From NCBI GenBank assembly GCA_003345545.1, contig PRDH01000039.1, forward strand, positions 89,881 through 153,880: a stretch of DNA of 64,000 bases, read 5' to 3'. Shown here one piece after another: positions 38,115-48,252 of the stretch. A program made the position numbers and the translations under genes. A model generated the notes under the pieces. It had not been told where the DNA came from and did not search any database. It saw nothing but the letters and a program-made list of their open reading frames with translations. How positions within the stretch are numbered: the stretch's first letter is position 1; each line of letters starts with the position of its first letter. Source of the DNA: Candidatus Thorarchaeota archaeon. GTDB lineage: Archaea; Asgardarchaeota; Thorarchaeia; Thorarchaeales; Thorarchaeaceae.

Positions 38115-39251
38115 ATGATTCCGTTCACTAAGCCAATAGTTGAAGATGAAGAGATTCAAGCCGTCAAGCGTGTCTTGGAATCTGGAATGCTTGCAGAGGG
38201 CAAAGTTGCACATGAGTTTGAGAAGCTTTTCTCTGCTTACGTGGGCACCAAATACGCCACGGTGACGTCGAGCGGAACAACAGCTCTCACAACAGCTCTG
38301 GAGGCAATGGGCATTCAGCCGGGCGATGAGGTAATAACAACTCCTTTCACTTTTATTGCCTCTGCGAATTCCATCGCGATTCTAGGTGGTATTCCAGTCT
38401 TTGTCGATGTCAAACCTGATTCATACAACATAGATCCCGATCTCATTGAGGCGGCTATCACAAAGAAAACACGGGCAATTATGCCTGTACATATCTTTGG
38501 TATGCCTTGTGACATGAAACGAATTATGGAGATTGCGGAGGATCATGATCTCCTGGTCATCGAGGATGCCTGTCAAGCTCACGGCGCCGAGATTGATGGA
38601 AGACGTGTTGGCAGTCTAGGTCATACCGCATGTTTTTCATTCTATGCCACAAAGAATATTCTCACAGGCGAGGGCGGTATGATCACAACTGACGATGAAG
38701 AGCTCTACAATCGTATGCTGATGATTAAGAATCATGGTCGTGGCAAAGAGGGCGGATACAGTCATTTCCAAATTGGGTATAACAACAGAATGATGGATAT
38801 TGTTGCTGCTATTGGCGTTGAGCAAATGAAACGTGTTTCTAGCCTCGTCAAGAAACGAAGGCAAAACGCAAAAGAATACGATCGCTTCCTGGCTGATTTC
38901 GAAGCAGTCCGACCACAGAAACAGGACCCTGCCTTCAAGTCAGGTTATCACCTGTATGTTCCAAGGCTATATTCTGACAAATTGTCACGTGACGAGATGG
39001 TTTCTGCACTTCGGAATGCAGGCGTAGGTGCTAGAGCTGTGTATGTCCTGCCTTGCCACAAACAAGACACATATTTGAATATTCAGAAATGGCGTTGGGC
39101 GAAGTTCGTAGACTATCCAGACTATTCGAAGGTGAATCTACCTATCTCTGAGGACTTGGGCGCACGACATTTCGACATACCTGTTCATCCGAGCCTGACC
39201 AAAGAGGAAAAGGAAACCATTCAAGAAGCTATTAAGACCGTTCTTTCTTGA
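38115..39251 (+). CDS. DegT/DnrJ/EryC1/StrS sugar aminotransferase
   Basis: SSGTTAL, PFTFIAS, IEDACQAHG and FSFYATKNILTGEGG. Confidence 0.93.
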   Translation: MIPFTKPIVEDEEIQAVKRVLESGMLAEGKVAHEFEKLFSAYVGTKYATVTSSGTTALTTALEAMGIQPGDEVITTPFTFIASANSIAILGGIPVFVDVKPDSYNIDPDLIEAAITKKTRAIMPVHIFGMPCDMKRIMEIAEDHDLLVIEDACQAHGAEIDGRRVGSLGHTACFSFYATKNILTGEGGMITTDDEELYNRMLMIKNHGRGKEGGYSHFQIGYNNRMMDIVAAIGVEQMKRVSSLVKKRRQNAKEYDRFLADFEAVRPQKQDPAFKSGYHLYVPRLYSDKLSRDEMVSALRNAGVGARAVYVLPCHKQDTYLNIQKWRWAKFVDYPDYSKVNLPISEDLGARHFDIPVHPSLTKEEKETIQEAIKTVLS

Positions 39252-39256
39252 TATTC

Positions 39257-39898
39257 CTAGAAGTATTCCAGGACCGCTCTTAGATCCTTCGAGTGGACAC
39301 TAACGCAGGCCGACTTACTTACGGCTTCGCTTTGTGGATTGAATGCTATACTGAAGGCGGAGGTTTTGAATAGCTCGATATCATTGCTGCCATCACCAAT
39401 GCTCGCAAGGTGTTTTGGTTCGAAACCATTGTCGCCTAGTAATTTCAATGCTGTTTCTGCCTTCTGTCTGCTGCCCATGATGAACTCGACCTCACCATTG
39501 TGAGCCCCGTTCTCTTCTCCCAGGATATTCGAGTATGCAAAATCCAATCCTAGTCTCTTGGAAAACGGTTCCATGAAGAACTGACTTACGCCACTGGAGA
39601 TACAGCCAACGATGTATCCCTTGTCCTTGAGAATTCCGATAGTTTCTTTCGCACCCAACCTAAGAGGAAGCTCATGTATGAGATTATTATAGACCCCGTC
39701 CGTCGCCACACCCCTCCAGATCTTGCAGCCCTCCGCAATCGATTCTTCGAAACTCTTTCTCTCTTTTGTGACTCTAGCATAGACGGCCATGAATTTCTCT
39801 CCGAGTCCGAGGTGTTGTGCGAGGGGAAATGCAGCGCTGGGACCGTCGAACAAGACTCCGTCCAGGTCAAGGGAGATGACCCTGATGTTCTCTCTCAT
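39257..39898 (-). CDS. HAD-IB hydrolase, phosphoserine-phosphatase-like
   Basis: DLDGVL, ISSG, K and IGDGSND. Confidence 0.85.
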   Translation of the reverse strand: MRENIRVISLDLDGVLFDGPSAAFPLAQHLGLGEKFMAVYARVTKERKSFEESIAEGCKIWRGVATDGVYNNLIHELPLRLGAKETIGILKDKGYIVGCISSGVSQFFMEPFSKRLGLDFAYSNILGEENGAHNGEVEFIMGSRQKAETALKLLGDNGFEPKHLASIGDGSNDIELFKTSAFSIAFNPQSEAVSKSACVSVHSKDLRAVLEYF

Positions 39899-39981
39899 GC
39901 TTCTGGCTCCATTGATTTGTGTGGTCGCCTAAAGCCACATACACAAGGGTAATTATCGGTTTTGCTCCATAGTGAACCGCA

Positions 39982-41136
39982 ATGAACATAATCAGAAAGT
40001 TCGGTTCTGGCTCGGTCAATGAGATCTCCAAGAAGTTCGTCAGACGAGAACGCTCGGAGAGCGAACTTATCTTCGACGTTGGGAAGATGCAGAGAGATGT
40101 CCTGTCGAAGATGCTCGTGATTTGCGGGAAAGTAGGTAGTGACAATGCTGAACTGTATGAACAGAAAGCCAAGGAAATAGAATGCGACTACATTCTCGAA
40201 AAAGGGAGATCATGGGTTCTCACGCAGAAGACAATACGCGGAGCCTATGAACCGGGCCATCATCGGGGAGTGCTCCTAATTGGAGACAATAAACAGCTTC
40301 CGGCCACTCAGATTGCCTATCATCAGGTATTTGGGTTCACCGACTGGTTCCTCCAAGATCTTGATGGTGACTCAATTCCTGACTTTCCGATTGGTCGTAT
40401 CTTCGGCCCCCCTCAGACTGTCTTGTACCACATGGACCCCATCATCATTGATAGTAACGTTGCTGTTATCTTTGATAGTCAGCCCGGAAGATCGTCGCTA
40501 TATGTCGAGGGTCTGACAAGGTTGGGATTTGATGTTGAGGTACTCAATAGATTCACAGAAAAGGCAAGCAGGCTCCTTTCTGTCAGCGAGTTCATTCTGC
40601 AGTTTTCTGACGGTATGCTGAGCAATAGGATTCATGGTACTCCTCGTGAGTGGTCAACAGGCAATTCCGCAATTCTCACTCACGAACAGGCAGCGACAAT
40701 CCATTTCGAGGGCTATCCGGTTGTCTTCTCCGAGGCCTGTAGCACTGCTCAGGAAGGTCCCCTATTGAGGGCATTTCTCAATCAAGGAGCTTTGTACATT
40801 GGCTCGACTCTGGAAACCATGAATAATCTGGAACCTTCTGATGACTGGAGAATGTGCCCTTACAGCGATGGAGTGAAGTTTGGATTCCTAGACTTGCTGG
40901 ACTCGCTTGAGATGGTTGGAGAGGTGAAGGTGACCGTTGACAGAGAGATAGCTAGGAATCTCTCCCCGAAAGTGCTCGGAGATCTTCAGAATGTACGCAA
41001 TGGAAAATCGAATACCCTGACAGAAGATCAAGCTGTGTCTGCCTGCGAATGGGTTCTATTCGGGAATCCATTACGCAAAACCCCTGTGGGGCCAAATGCT
41101 AGTTATACTCCTGGCAGGATTCTTGTGGACACCTAG
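39982..41136 (+). CDS. Peptidase C25 (gingipain-like, clan CD) domain protein
   Basis: VLLIGDNKQLP, PDFPIGRI, His-Gly (IHGTP), Ala-Cys (SEACST) and LFGNP. Confidence 0.65.
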   Translation: MNIIRKFGSGSVNEISKKFVRRERSESELIFDVGKMQRDVLSKMLVICGKVGSDNAELYEQKAKEIECDYILEKGRSWVLTQKTIRGAYEPGHHRGVLLIGDNKQLPATQIAYHQVFGFTDWFLQDLDGDSIPDFPIGRIFGPPQTVLYHMDPIIIDSNVAVIFDSQPGRSSLYVEGLTRLGFDVEVLNRFTEKASRLLSVSEFILQFSDGMLSNRIHGTPREWSTGNSAILTHEQAATIHFEGYPVVFSEACSTAQEGPLLRAFLNQGALYIGSTLETMNNLEPSDDWRMCPYSDGVKFGFLDLLDSLEMVGEVKVTVDREIARNLSPKVLGDLQNVRNGKSNTLTEDQAVSACEWVLFGNPLRKTPVGPNASYTPGRILVDT

Positions 41137-41477
41137 TTCATCCTAGTTCGATTCACAGAATGGAGAATCACACCAAGAGCTCCACCCGCAGCGCCTAGTA
41201 CTCCCATAATCAGCACTGCTGATGCTATGATAAGAATATCCGTGGTCATGGCAGCAGTCACTACAAAGATGATCGAGTACGCCACGGTTGCAGAGAGAAA
41301 ACCACTGAGAGCTGCTATCCTGTATTCGTTGATGAGGTAGCCGCTCACAAAGCCAGCAGTCACCGGTGCGAGGATGGATAGAATGAAGAAGAGTCCGAAA
41401 TTCAAAAGGATACCCACAGCTATGAAAGCTAGTATTCCGACTGCATTTCCGTGGTTTTGAGCATCTGAAACTGACAC
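41133..41477 (-). CDS. Small 4-TM membrane protein
   Basis: Gly/Ala-rich hydrophobic spans (APVTAGFVSGYL; GAAGGALG). Confidence 0.75.
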   Translation of the reverse strand: MSVSDAQNHGNAVGILAFIAVGILLNFGLFFILSILAPVTAGFVSGYLINEYRIAALSGFLSATVAYSIIFVVTAAMTTDILIIASAVLIMGVLGAAGGALGVILHSVNRTRMN

Positions 41478-41692
41478 TGTGACACCGCGGCCTTCTTCGG
41501 GTTCACTTCGATTTAACCATGATGTTCACTGAGTTACTCATTCAGCTCAAGTACCTCTTCACGGAAAAGTATCAATACAGGAATGAAGAATGGAGCTAGT
41601 GCATCCTCTCAGCAGTATTCAGCTGTTCTACGAGCCCCGTTGACGCAGCTGCAATTTCGATGAGGCAAAGTCCAAACATGTGAGGTCATTGA

Positions 41693-42652
41693 TTGCTCTT
41701 TGAACTGGAAACACCAAGACAATACAATCTGCTTGCATCAGTACATTCTTGGATCTATCCCGATATCCAACCTGTCCCAGAAACTACAGGTGCAACATTC
41801 TTTGCCCGCATGTACGAGATTAATGACCAGCTAGTTCCTATCATTATCGAACAAGCTCGACCAGGGAGCACTGTCCATGTCAAGTACCCCTCGAAGGAGG
41901 TGCCTGTTGAGTCTGTTAAAGCGAAGTTGAGTGAGGTGCTTGGACTTACAGTCAAGATGACAGGCGCACTACGAGCTATTCGCAGGAGTCCTCAACTCTG
42001 TCGTATTGCCTCACAGGTGTCGGGGATACGACCCTATCTCTCTGCGTCAGTCTATGAGGGCCTCATCAAGACTATCATCCAGCAGCAAATCTCCTATAGA
42101 GCTGCAAATGCCCTCACGAGAAGAATGGTTCTTGAACTCTCCAGAAAAAGACTATTCGAAGGTCTGACACTCTACTCCTTCCCGACGCCTGCAGAAATCC
42201 TGAGTCTTGGGCTTGAAGGATTGCGTAGCCTTGGCTTGGGTTACAAGAGTGAGTATGTTCACAGAATAGTCGAGTTGTTACATGATGGTACACTAAGTCT
42301 TGAAGAGCTCAAAGGCAAGAGCCATGATGAAGTCCGGGCGACCTTGGTACCTCTCCGAGGCATAGGACCGTGGACCGTCCGTACACTCTCTATTGCTGGG
42401 CTTGGCGATTACACAGTCTTCCCCATCGATGATTTTGGAGTCAGGAATCTCATGGGGCGTCTGTACAGCAAGAACAGAAAGAGGATGACTACAAATCAGG
42501 TCGAGGACATAGCTCTGGCCTGGGGTAATGATTGGCCATTAGTCATGTACTTGTTGATGTGCGCGGACGTCTTGGGCTACTTTGGGGAAGAGGGTCGCCA
42601 GCAAACGCATAAAAGGGCCTCCCGCGATGATGCAAAGCGAAAATCCGGGTGA
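41693..42652 (+). CDS. HhH-GPD DNA glycosylase (AlkA/3-methyladenine glycosylase II-like)
   Basis: IIQQQIS, FPTP, LRGIGPWT and FPIDD. Confidence 0.88.
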   Translation: MLFELETPRQYNLLASVHSWIYPDIQPVPETTGATFFARMYEINDQLVPIIIEQARPGSTVHVKYPSKEVPVESVKAKLSEVLGLTVKMTGALRAIRRSPQLCRIASQVSGIRPYLSASVYEGLIKTIIQQQISYRAANALTRRMVLELSRKRLFEGLTLYSFPTPAEILSLGLEGLRSLGLGYKSEYVHRIVELLHDGTLSLEELKGKSHDEVRATLVPLRGIGPWTVRTLSIAGLGDYTVFPIDDFGVRNLMGRLYSKNRKRMTTNQVEDIALAWGNDWPLVMYLLMCADVLGYFGEEGRQQTHKRASRDDAKRKSG

Positions 42653-43822
42653 ATGTCAGTGTCTCGAGTAGGCAAGAAGAAGAACACGAAGCTCTGGCGG
42701 ATCTGGTCTATGTTCCTTAAGGAACTGAGGCTGATTTCCAACGACAAGTTCGCCTTGCTTCTGGTCTTCGTTCTTCCCGGAATGATAATGGGCACGATGT
42801 ATATAGCTATGAATCAGGGAAGCACAATTGGCGCATCCACTATCGACCCGACGAAGAACGCAAATGCACTCACTCTGGGCCTCATCGATATCGACACAAC
42901 AGACACGTTTCCTGGCGAGGACCTATCGGTGAACTTCACTTGGTATCTATCGAAGAGTCGTGACTTCATTGTGACTGTCTATGGTACGGAAGAGGAGGCA
43001 TTGAATGCGCTGTACTTCGATCGGGTGGATGCATATGCTGTCCTACCCTATGGCTTCGAGGGCAACATCACGAATGACATCCCTGCATTCGTGGATATTC
43101 ACATTAGCAGTACGGATTTTGAAAGCCAGACCAAAGTCTTTTCGGCATTCAGCGGTGTAGTACAGGGCTTCAGATTCGACCATGCTTGGGTTAAGGGCGA
43201 AATTGCGACTGAGATGTTTCAGGAGTTTCGGCCTCCCGGAGGAACAAGCCTCTCCGCGACTTTCGGAGTCTTCATGGTCGTGTTCGCCGTGTTCATCGCA
43301 GTTTCCGCAACCGCCGCCCAGGCAATCGTCGGGGACGTCCCACTCAATCGAATGTTGCTTACTCCTGCCACTAAAATGGAGGCAGTGCTTGCAAAAGTGC
43401 TTGCCTACTTCATGGTAGGAATCGTGCAGACACAATTCCTTCTCGTCTTGTGGCTTGGTCTCTTTGGCATAGATCTCTGGGGTCAGTATCTCAATCTCAA
43501 CATCATTCTTGCACTCATGTCCATATCAGGTTCAGCTCTCGGCGTTCTGATTTCTACTGTCGTCACCACACGGTTGCAGGCAAACCAATCCTTTCTGTTT
43601 CTGCTATTTGGAAGCGTCATAATCGGAACGGGTTTCATGGATGTAGGACTGCTCGATGACTACTATCCTCTCAATCTAGGAAGAATAATGATGGTCGATG
43701 TTGGTTTCAAGAACATCTCTCTGTCTGAATTTCTGCCGCAGATCTACATTATTCTCGAGATGACACTGGCACTGATTCTCATTGCCTGGCTGATTTTCAA
43801 GAAACGGCAGAGCCTTGCCTGA
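42653..43822 (+). CDS. ABC-2 type transporter permease
   Basis: KELRLI, large extracellular loop, RMLLTP...AKVLAY and C-terminal TM bundle. Confidence 0.85.
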   Translation: MSVSRVGKKKNTKLWRIWSMFLKELRLISNDKFALLLVFVLPGMIMGTMYIAMNQGSTIGASTIDPTKNANALTLGLIDIDTTDTFPGEDLSVNFTWYLSKSRDFIVTVYGTEEEALNALYFDRVDAYAVLPYGFEGNITNDIPAFVDIHISSTDFESQTKVFSAFSGVVQGFRFDHAWVKGEIATEMFQEFRPPGGTSLSATFGVFMVVFAVFIAVSATAAQAIVGDVPLNRMLLTPATKMEAVLAKVLAYFMVGIVQTQFLLVLWLGLFGIDLWGQYLNLNIILALMSISGSALGVLISTVVTTRLQANQSFLFLLFGSVIIGTGFMDVGLLDDYYPLNLGRIMMVDVGFKNISLSEFLPQIYIILEMTLALILIAWLIFKKRQSLA

Positions 43823-43861
43823 GATGCCAAGTCAGTCTGCATTCTCCCATACGGAAGTCTC

Positions 43862-44575
43862 CTAATTCGACTGAACCAATGAAGCAAACAATCCAAGCCA
43901 GGCCTTGCTGAGCATCGAGGGACTGTAATTGCAGAAATTGGAGAGGTCTCGTTGAGATACCTGAATTCGACGTTTGCCATGGAGAGTACAAATAGCTGCA
44001 TAGACAGCTGCACCTGCTACCAAGATGGGTTCATGCTCTTCCGCCTTGGTACAATCCATTCTCTCCAATAGCTGACAGGCCTGTTCTCGTATCTGACCGA
44101 TATATGTTTCCACATCTTCAGTCATCTCAACTACGGCCCACGTGATATCTGCTAGAATTGCATTCACTGCTTCTCTGTGGTCGCTGCTCTCATTAGTATA
44201 GACAGTATTCGAATAGCCCTTCCTCAGGGCAGCTCTATTGTTAAATAGCTGAATCCAAGCGGCGTTGATACTGCATGTTGGCAGTCCGAATGTTTCTTTC
44301 ATTAGTGAGAGCCGGCATCTCACGTGTGTTCTGCTCTCGTATTCGAGAAATGCATCATATAGCGCCGCTGCTGTGAGTATCTCTAACCTCCTCTTGCTAG
44401 TCGTCTTTCTCTTCAGCCCATGTATTAGCTGTTCTGCATGTTCCTCGACAAGAGGTGACCAAGCACTCATTCTCTCTCGCTCGGTCTCATTTAGTCTCTC
44501 AAGGAGAGCGGCAATCATATCTGACACTAGGTTCCTCTCGTGAGTGACTTGAACGTATGTCGTTGTTGATGCCAT
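43862..44575 (-). CDS. TFIIB/cyclin-fold repeat protein lacking a Zn ribbon
   Basis: Two repeats, LTAAALYDA...SINAAWIQL and VAGAAVYAA...SQRDLSNFCNYSPSMLSKAWLGL, resembling TFIIB core cyclin boxes. Confidence 0.6.
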   Translation of the reverse strand: MASTTTYVQVTHERNLVSDMIAALLERLNETERERMSAWSPLVEEHAEQLIHGLKRKTTSKRRLEILTAAALYDAFLEYESRTHVRCRLSLMKETFGLPTCSINAAWIQLFNNRAALRKGYSNTVYTNESSDHREAVNAILADITWAVVEMTEDVETYIGQIREQACQLLERMDCTKAEEHEPILVAGAAVYAAICTLHGKRRIQVSQRDLSNFCNYSPSMLSKAWLGLFASLVQSN

Positions 44576-44780
44576 TCTAATCTATACTCCAAATGCAGTG
44601 TATGCAGTATCTATAATGTACATTATGCTGACCTCTATTTGAGCATCATAATACCATTTCGCCAGCTAAAGCGGCTATGATGCTTCTAAACAACTAAATT
44701 ACCGGTTTTTGGCTTGCGATTCATTGTGATAGACCTATGAACCTGTATCTGATTACCTGAAGTGCTCAAACTGCAATTCT

Positions 44781-45584
44781 CTAGGTCATCAACAAGGCAA
44801 GGATAATGACCATAGAGTTGTTGAATCCATGAGCGACAGTCGGTCCTAGTATTGAATAACTCCTCCTCTGAGCAAGGTACCCGAGAAACAGACCAAGTAC
44901 GAATCTCGTTGGCAACCCAATGGGATCAAGATGAACAACCGCAAATATGAAACTGGTGATGACGAGCGCGATCAGTCTGAAGTTCTTGGATTGTTTCGTT
45001 CGATAGATGATTTCCAATCGTCTCTGCAAGAATCCCCTAAAAATGAGTTCCTCTGTAAAACCGACGAGCACGAACATCGCGAAGACCCATGCTACCAGCC
45101 AGATATAGAGACCAGTACCGCCAGGCGGAAAGAGGATGCTCACGTCTCCACCCGAGCTGGGTACTGCTATCTCAATGATCCATGAGATGAGTAGGTTTGC
45201 GCCTAGCATCGTTATGCCGAAAACGAAACCCAGTCCGATGTCTGGGATAGATGTCATATTCCTGATACCAAGTGACTTGATGCTGATGCTGTGCTTCTTG
45301 ACATACCAGAGGGGCGGAACAACGAAACCAACTTCTGCGGCAGTAAGAATGATGAGCGCCCATGGATCTGTCAGGACACCGTTCACTCCGATGGTGAAGA
45401 TCATTGGAATCATAATGATGATCTCAATAGCGAACATCAAGAGCCATCCTGCAAGTACGACGAGTAGGATGCTTGTGAGTTTGGAAGGTTCTATGCTGCG
45501 TTCAACAAATGCGCCTGGCTCGTAAATGTCTATACCCTGTTCTTTGTCTTCTTCCTCAATAGTATCCGGATCATCAATGACCAA
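44781..45584 (-). CDS. CPBP family intramembrane metalloprotease (CAAX/Abi)
   Basis: EELIFRG, FAVVH and AHGFNN. Confidence 0.92.
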   Translation of the reverse strand: MVIDDPDTIEEEDKEQGIDIYEPGAFVERSIEPSKLTSILLVVLAGWLLMFAIEIIIMIPMIFTIGVNGVLTDPWALIILTAAEVGFVVPPLWYVKKHSISIKSLGIRNMTSIPDIGLGFVFGITMLGANLLISWIIEIAVPSSGGDVSILFPPGGTGLYIWLVAWVFAMFVLVGFTEELIFRGFLQRRLEIIYRTKQSKNFRLIALVITSFIFAVVHLDPIGLPTRFVLGLFLGYLAQRRSYSILGPTVAHGFNNSMVIILALLMT

Positions 45585-45722
45585 TTATGCAACCTCTTCA
45601 AGACAACTCTGGGTGCAGAATTAAGTATTTGGATTGTCTAGCCGGCCTTGCGTATTCCGCGTAGGCTTTATTTGATAGAGTGTTGAGTGCGTTAACTGAT
45701 TTCAAGCATTCTGGCGATTTGG

Positions 45723-47735
45723 ATGACTCCTAGTATGGTTGATGATAGCGTTGAACCGACCCGGCGGAGAGGCACTGCAATACTAGTCATCACGATTATC
45801 ACTATTGCCAGTTTGCTGGTCATCCAATACATCCCTCGAATATATCCAGAGCCAGGTCTGGAAGTACGGGTTGCCATCGTTGATTCTGGAATCAATGTAG
45901 ATACTGAGCTACGACCGCGAGTTCTAGCTGAACGGAGCTTTGTCAATACAACATTCGGCTATTCAAGTTCAGATAACTTAACAAGCGATAGTTACCCGTC
46001 TGGCAGTCCTCATGGAACTTATATTGCGAAAATCATTGCTCAGGAAGCGCCCAATGCTGGTATCGTGAACGCAAAGGTTGTTGGCTCGGACAATTACGCA
46101 ACTGTTCCTGGGATTGTTGAAGCAATCAGATGGGCAGTTCTTGAAGAGAATTGCAGCGTCATCAACCTCAGTCTAGGGATGGATGTCATTAGCGGTGATG
46201 CTGTTGGAGAAGCTGTGCGGTGGGCGTTTCGACGTGGAGTCTGTGTGGTCGCTGCTGCAGGAAATAATGGACAAGGCGGTATCAGCGGCAGCTCGATCGA
46301 ATCGCCCGCTGTGTACCCTGAGGTCATCGCTGTTGCTGGTATCGACGATTCACTTGTTCCCTACTCGTTCTCTGGAAGAGGCCCTCTCCGAAACAGAGTT
46401 ATGAAACCTGATATCGCAGCAAGGGGCTTCTACAATGAAAATGGCGGCACGAAGTTTGGCACTAGTTTCGCCGCCCCGATCGTGAGCGCGGGCGCAGCTG
46501 TTATGATCGAGCATTGCCTTCAGAATGATTGGACATGGACTCCTGGAATGATCAAAGCAGCAATCCTCGCAAGTGCATCGGATCTCACTTCAGAGAATTG
46601 GGAAGTTGGCGTTGGTAGATTTGATCTTGCAACAGCATTGGTCTACATTGACAATGCACAGAAAGATGATGGTCTACCACTCATAGGGGCAATCACCCCA
46701 ATTGAAGGTCCTTTTTCCTTCGAGTACTGGTTCGTCAATCACTCCGTGTTCATACCTGTGTCTCTATTCTCTAGCAGCAATGTGACATTCAACCTAGCTT
46801 ACACTGGAGATGCTTCGCAGTGGCTTCAAGGACCATCATCGGTCACCATTAATCAGACAGGATCGATCACACTGGAGCTCTGTGTTATTTCGTCCGGTGC
46901 CCTAGAAGACTTGGAGGTCTCTGTTGTATTCATCGCGGAAGGGTACTTGAACCTTAAGACCTCTCTTGAGTTCGGTGTGGCTATTCCGTACAAAGAGATA
47001 GCATTTGATTTCAGCACGACTCCTTGGGCAATCGACTCCATCTATGGGCAATTCAGAGAATTAGCTATGGAGCTGGGTGCCATCGGTTTCTCAGTCGATG
47101 AACTTCGAAGTCTAGATGAAATCAATATTGCATCGTTGAATCGATATGATGCAGTCTTTGTCTTTGATCCCTGCGCATGGGATTATGTTATCGAGAATGA
47201 TTCCGTATCCAGAGTTTCGCGATATTCCTATACTCCTATAAAGGTCAACTCCTACGTCCAATACTGGAAACAAGGTGGCAGTCTATTCCTGGTGGGGCTC
47301 TCAAATTCAAGCATCGATATTGAGAGTGCGAATAGTCTCTTTGCAGCATTCAACGTCACACTCAACTATGACAGGATTCCAGTGATAACAATCATTGTGA
47401 GTGGCGTGGAGTCAGCAACTGAAATCGTGAAGATGATAGACCATCCAATCACAGAGTCCGTGGATTCCTTTGATTACAATGGATGTTCTCTGAACCACAC
47501 GGGAGATGTGTTCGAGATCGCATGGACAGAGGTGTCTTGGTTGGATGAAAACGACACAATACACATTGAAAATCGGACAGTGCTTGCCGGTCTTGAGGGA
47601 CTGGGAGGCGGGCGTGTCCTGGTCACAGGAAGCAACTTCTTCCTTGATAACTGGGGGATTAGAGAACTCTATCTCTCAAGTCAAGACTACGAACTTGTTT
47701 TGAAGGCTCTGCTCTGGCTGGTTCACGAAGTCTGA
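45723..47735 (+). CDS. Membrane-anchored S8 subtilase with C-terminal GIFT/DUF4350-like domain
   Basis: N-terminal TM; triad VDSG / PHGT / GTSFA; oxyanion AAGN; KPDIAA; C-terminal IAFDF...YDAVFV...GGSLFLVG...DHPIT...GRVLVTG. Confidence 0.88.
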   Translation: MTPSMVDDSVEPTRRRGTAILVITIITIASLLVIQYIPRIYPEPGLEVRVAIVDSGINVDTELRPRVLAERSFVNTTFGYSSSDNLTSDSYPSGSPHGTYIAKIIAQEAPNAGIVNAKVVGSDNYATVPGIVEAIRWAVLEENCSVINLSLGMDVISGDAVGEAVRWAFRRGVCVVAAAGNNGQGGISGSSIESPAVYPEVIAVAGIDDSLVPYSFSGRGPLRNRVMKPDIAARGFYNENGGTKFGTSFAAPIVSAGAAVMIEHCLQNDWTWTPGMIKAAILASASDLTSENWEVGVGRFDLATALVYIDNAQKDDGLPLIGAITPIEGPFSFEYWFVNHSVFIPVSLFSSSNVTFNLAYTGDASQWLQGPSSVTINQTGSITLELCVISSGALEDLEVSVVFIAEGYLNLKTSLEFGVAIPYKEIAFDFSTTPWAIDSIYGQFRELAMELGAIGFSVDELRSLDEINIASLNRYDAVFVFDPCAWDYVIENDSVSRVSRYSYTPIKVNSYVQYWKQGGSLFLVGLSNSSIDIESANSLFAAFNVTLNYDRIPVITIIVSGVESATEIVKMIDHPITESVDSFDYNGCSLNHTGDVFEIAWTEVSWLDENDTIHIENRTVLAGLEGLGGGRVLVTGSNFFLDNWGIRELYLSSQDYELVLKALLWLVHEV

Positions 47736-47737
47736 TG

Positions 47738-48130
47738 CTAAAGGAGTGGCGCTATTTTCTCTGTGGCTGTTGTTGCAGCATATACGAGAAGCCCTGTCTT
47801 GACTCCTTTGCTTGCTGCAAGAACGAGAATCGCTTTTTCTCCCGCGCTCTTCATTATCACTAGTCCTTTCTCATTGGTCATTAGTATCTCTTCCAGTGTT
47901 CCCTGGTCCAGTCTCTCCGCGGCCAAGTCTGCAACACCAAGGATGGATGCTGCCATTGCTGCAATCTCTGCTTCTTCAAGACCATGTGGCACTGCACTTG
48001 ATATGGGAAGGCCCTCTTTGGAGAGCAACATCCAGGCTCGTATCCCAGAGGCTAATGCAGTGGACTCTTCCATAATGAGTCTGAGTTTCCCTTGCAGCTC
48101 TTCGAAGCCCGGATCTAACATAGCGCCCAC
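47738..48130 (-). CDS. Roadblock/LC7 (MglB-like) protein
   Basis: LLSKEGLPISS, IAAMAASIL and GTLEEI...GEKAILVL...GLL. Confidence 0.9.
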   Translation of the reverse strand: MGAMLDPGFEELQGKLRLIMEESTALASGIRAWMLLSKEGLPISSAVPHGLEEAEIAAMAASILGVADLAAERLDQGTLEEILMTNEKGLVIMKSAGEKAILVLAASKGVKTGLLVYAATTATEKIAPLL

Positions 48131-48252
48131 TCTACTCTCTCTCTATGAGCTACGAGCAAACTTAGAAGTGCCAATTAATAAAGTTTGCATGACTATTGTA
48201 ACTACTATGTCAAGAACGAGGTCCGTTCTGTTCGATTCGCTGTTTCAAAGAG

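Noticed and set aside
42650-42655. In-frame TGA-ATG junction between the glycosylase and the ABC permease
   Set aside because: Both are complete, unrelated proteins; ordinary tight gene packing explains it.
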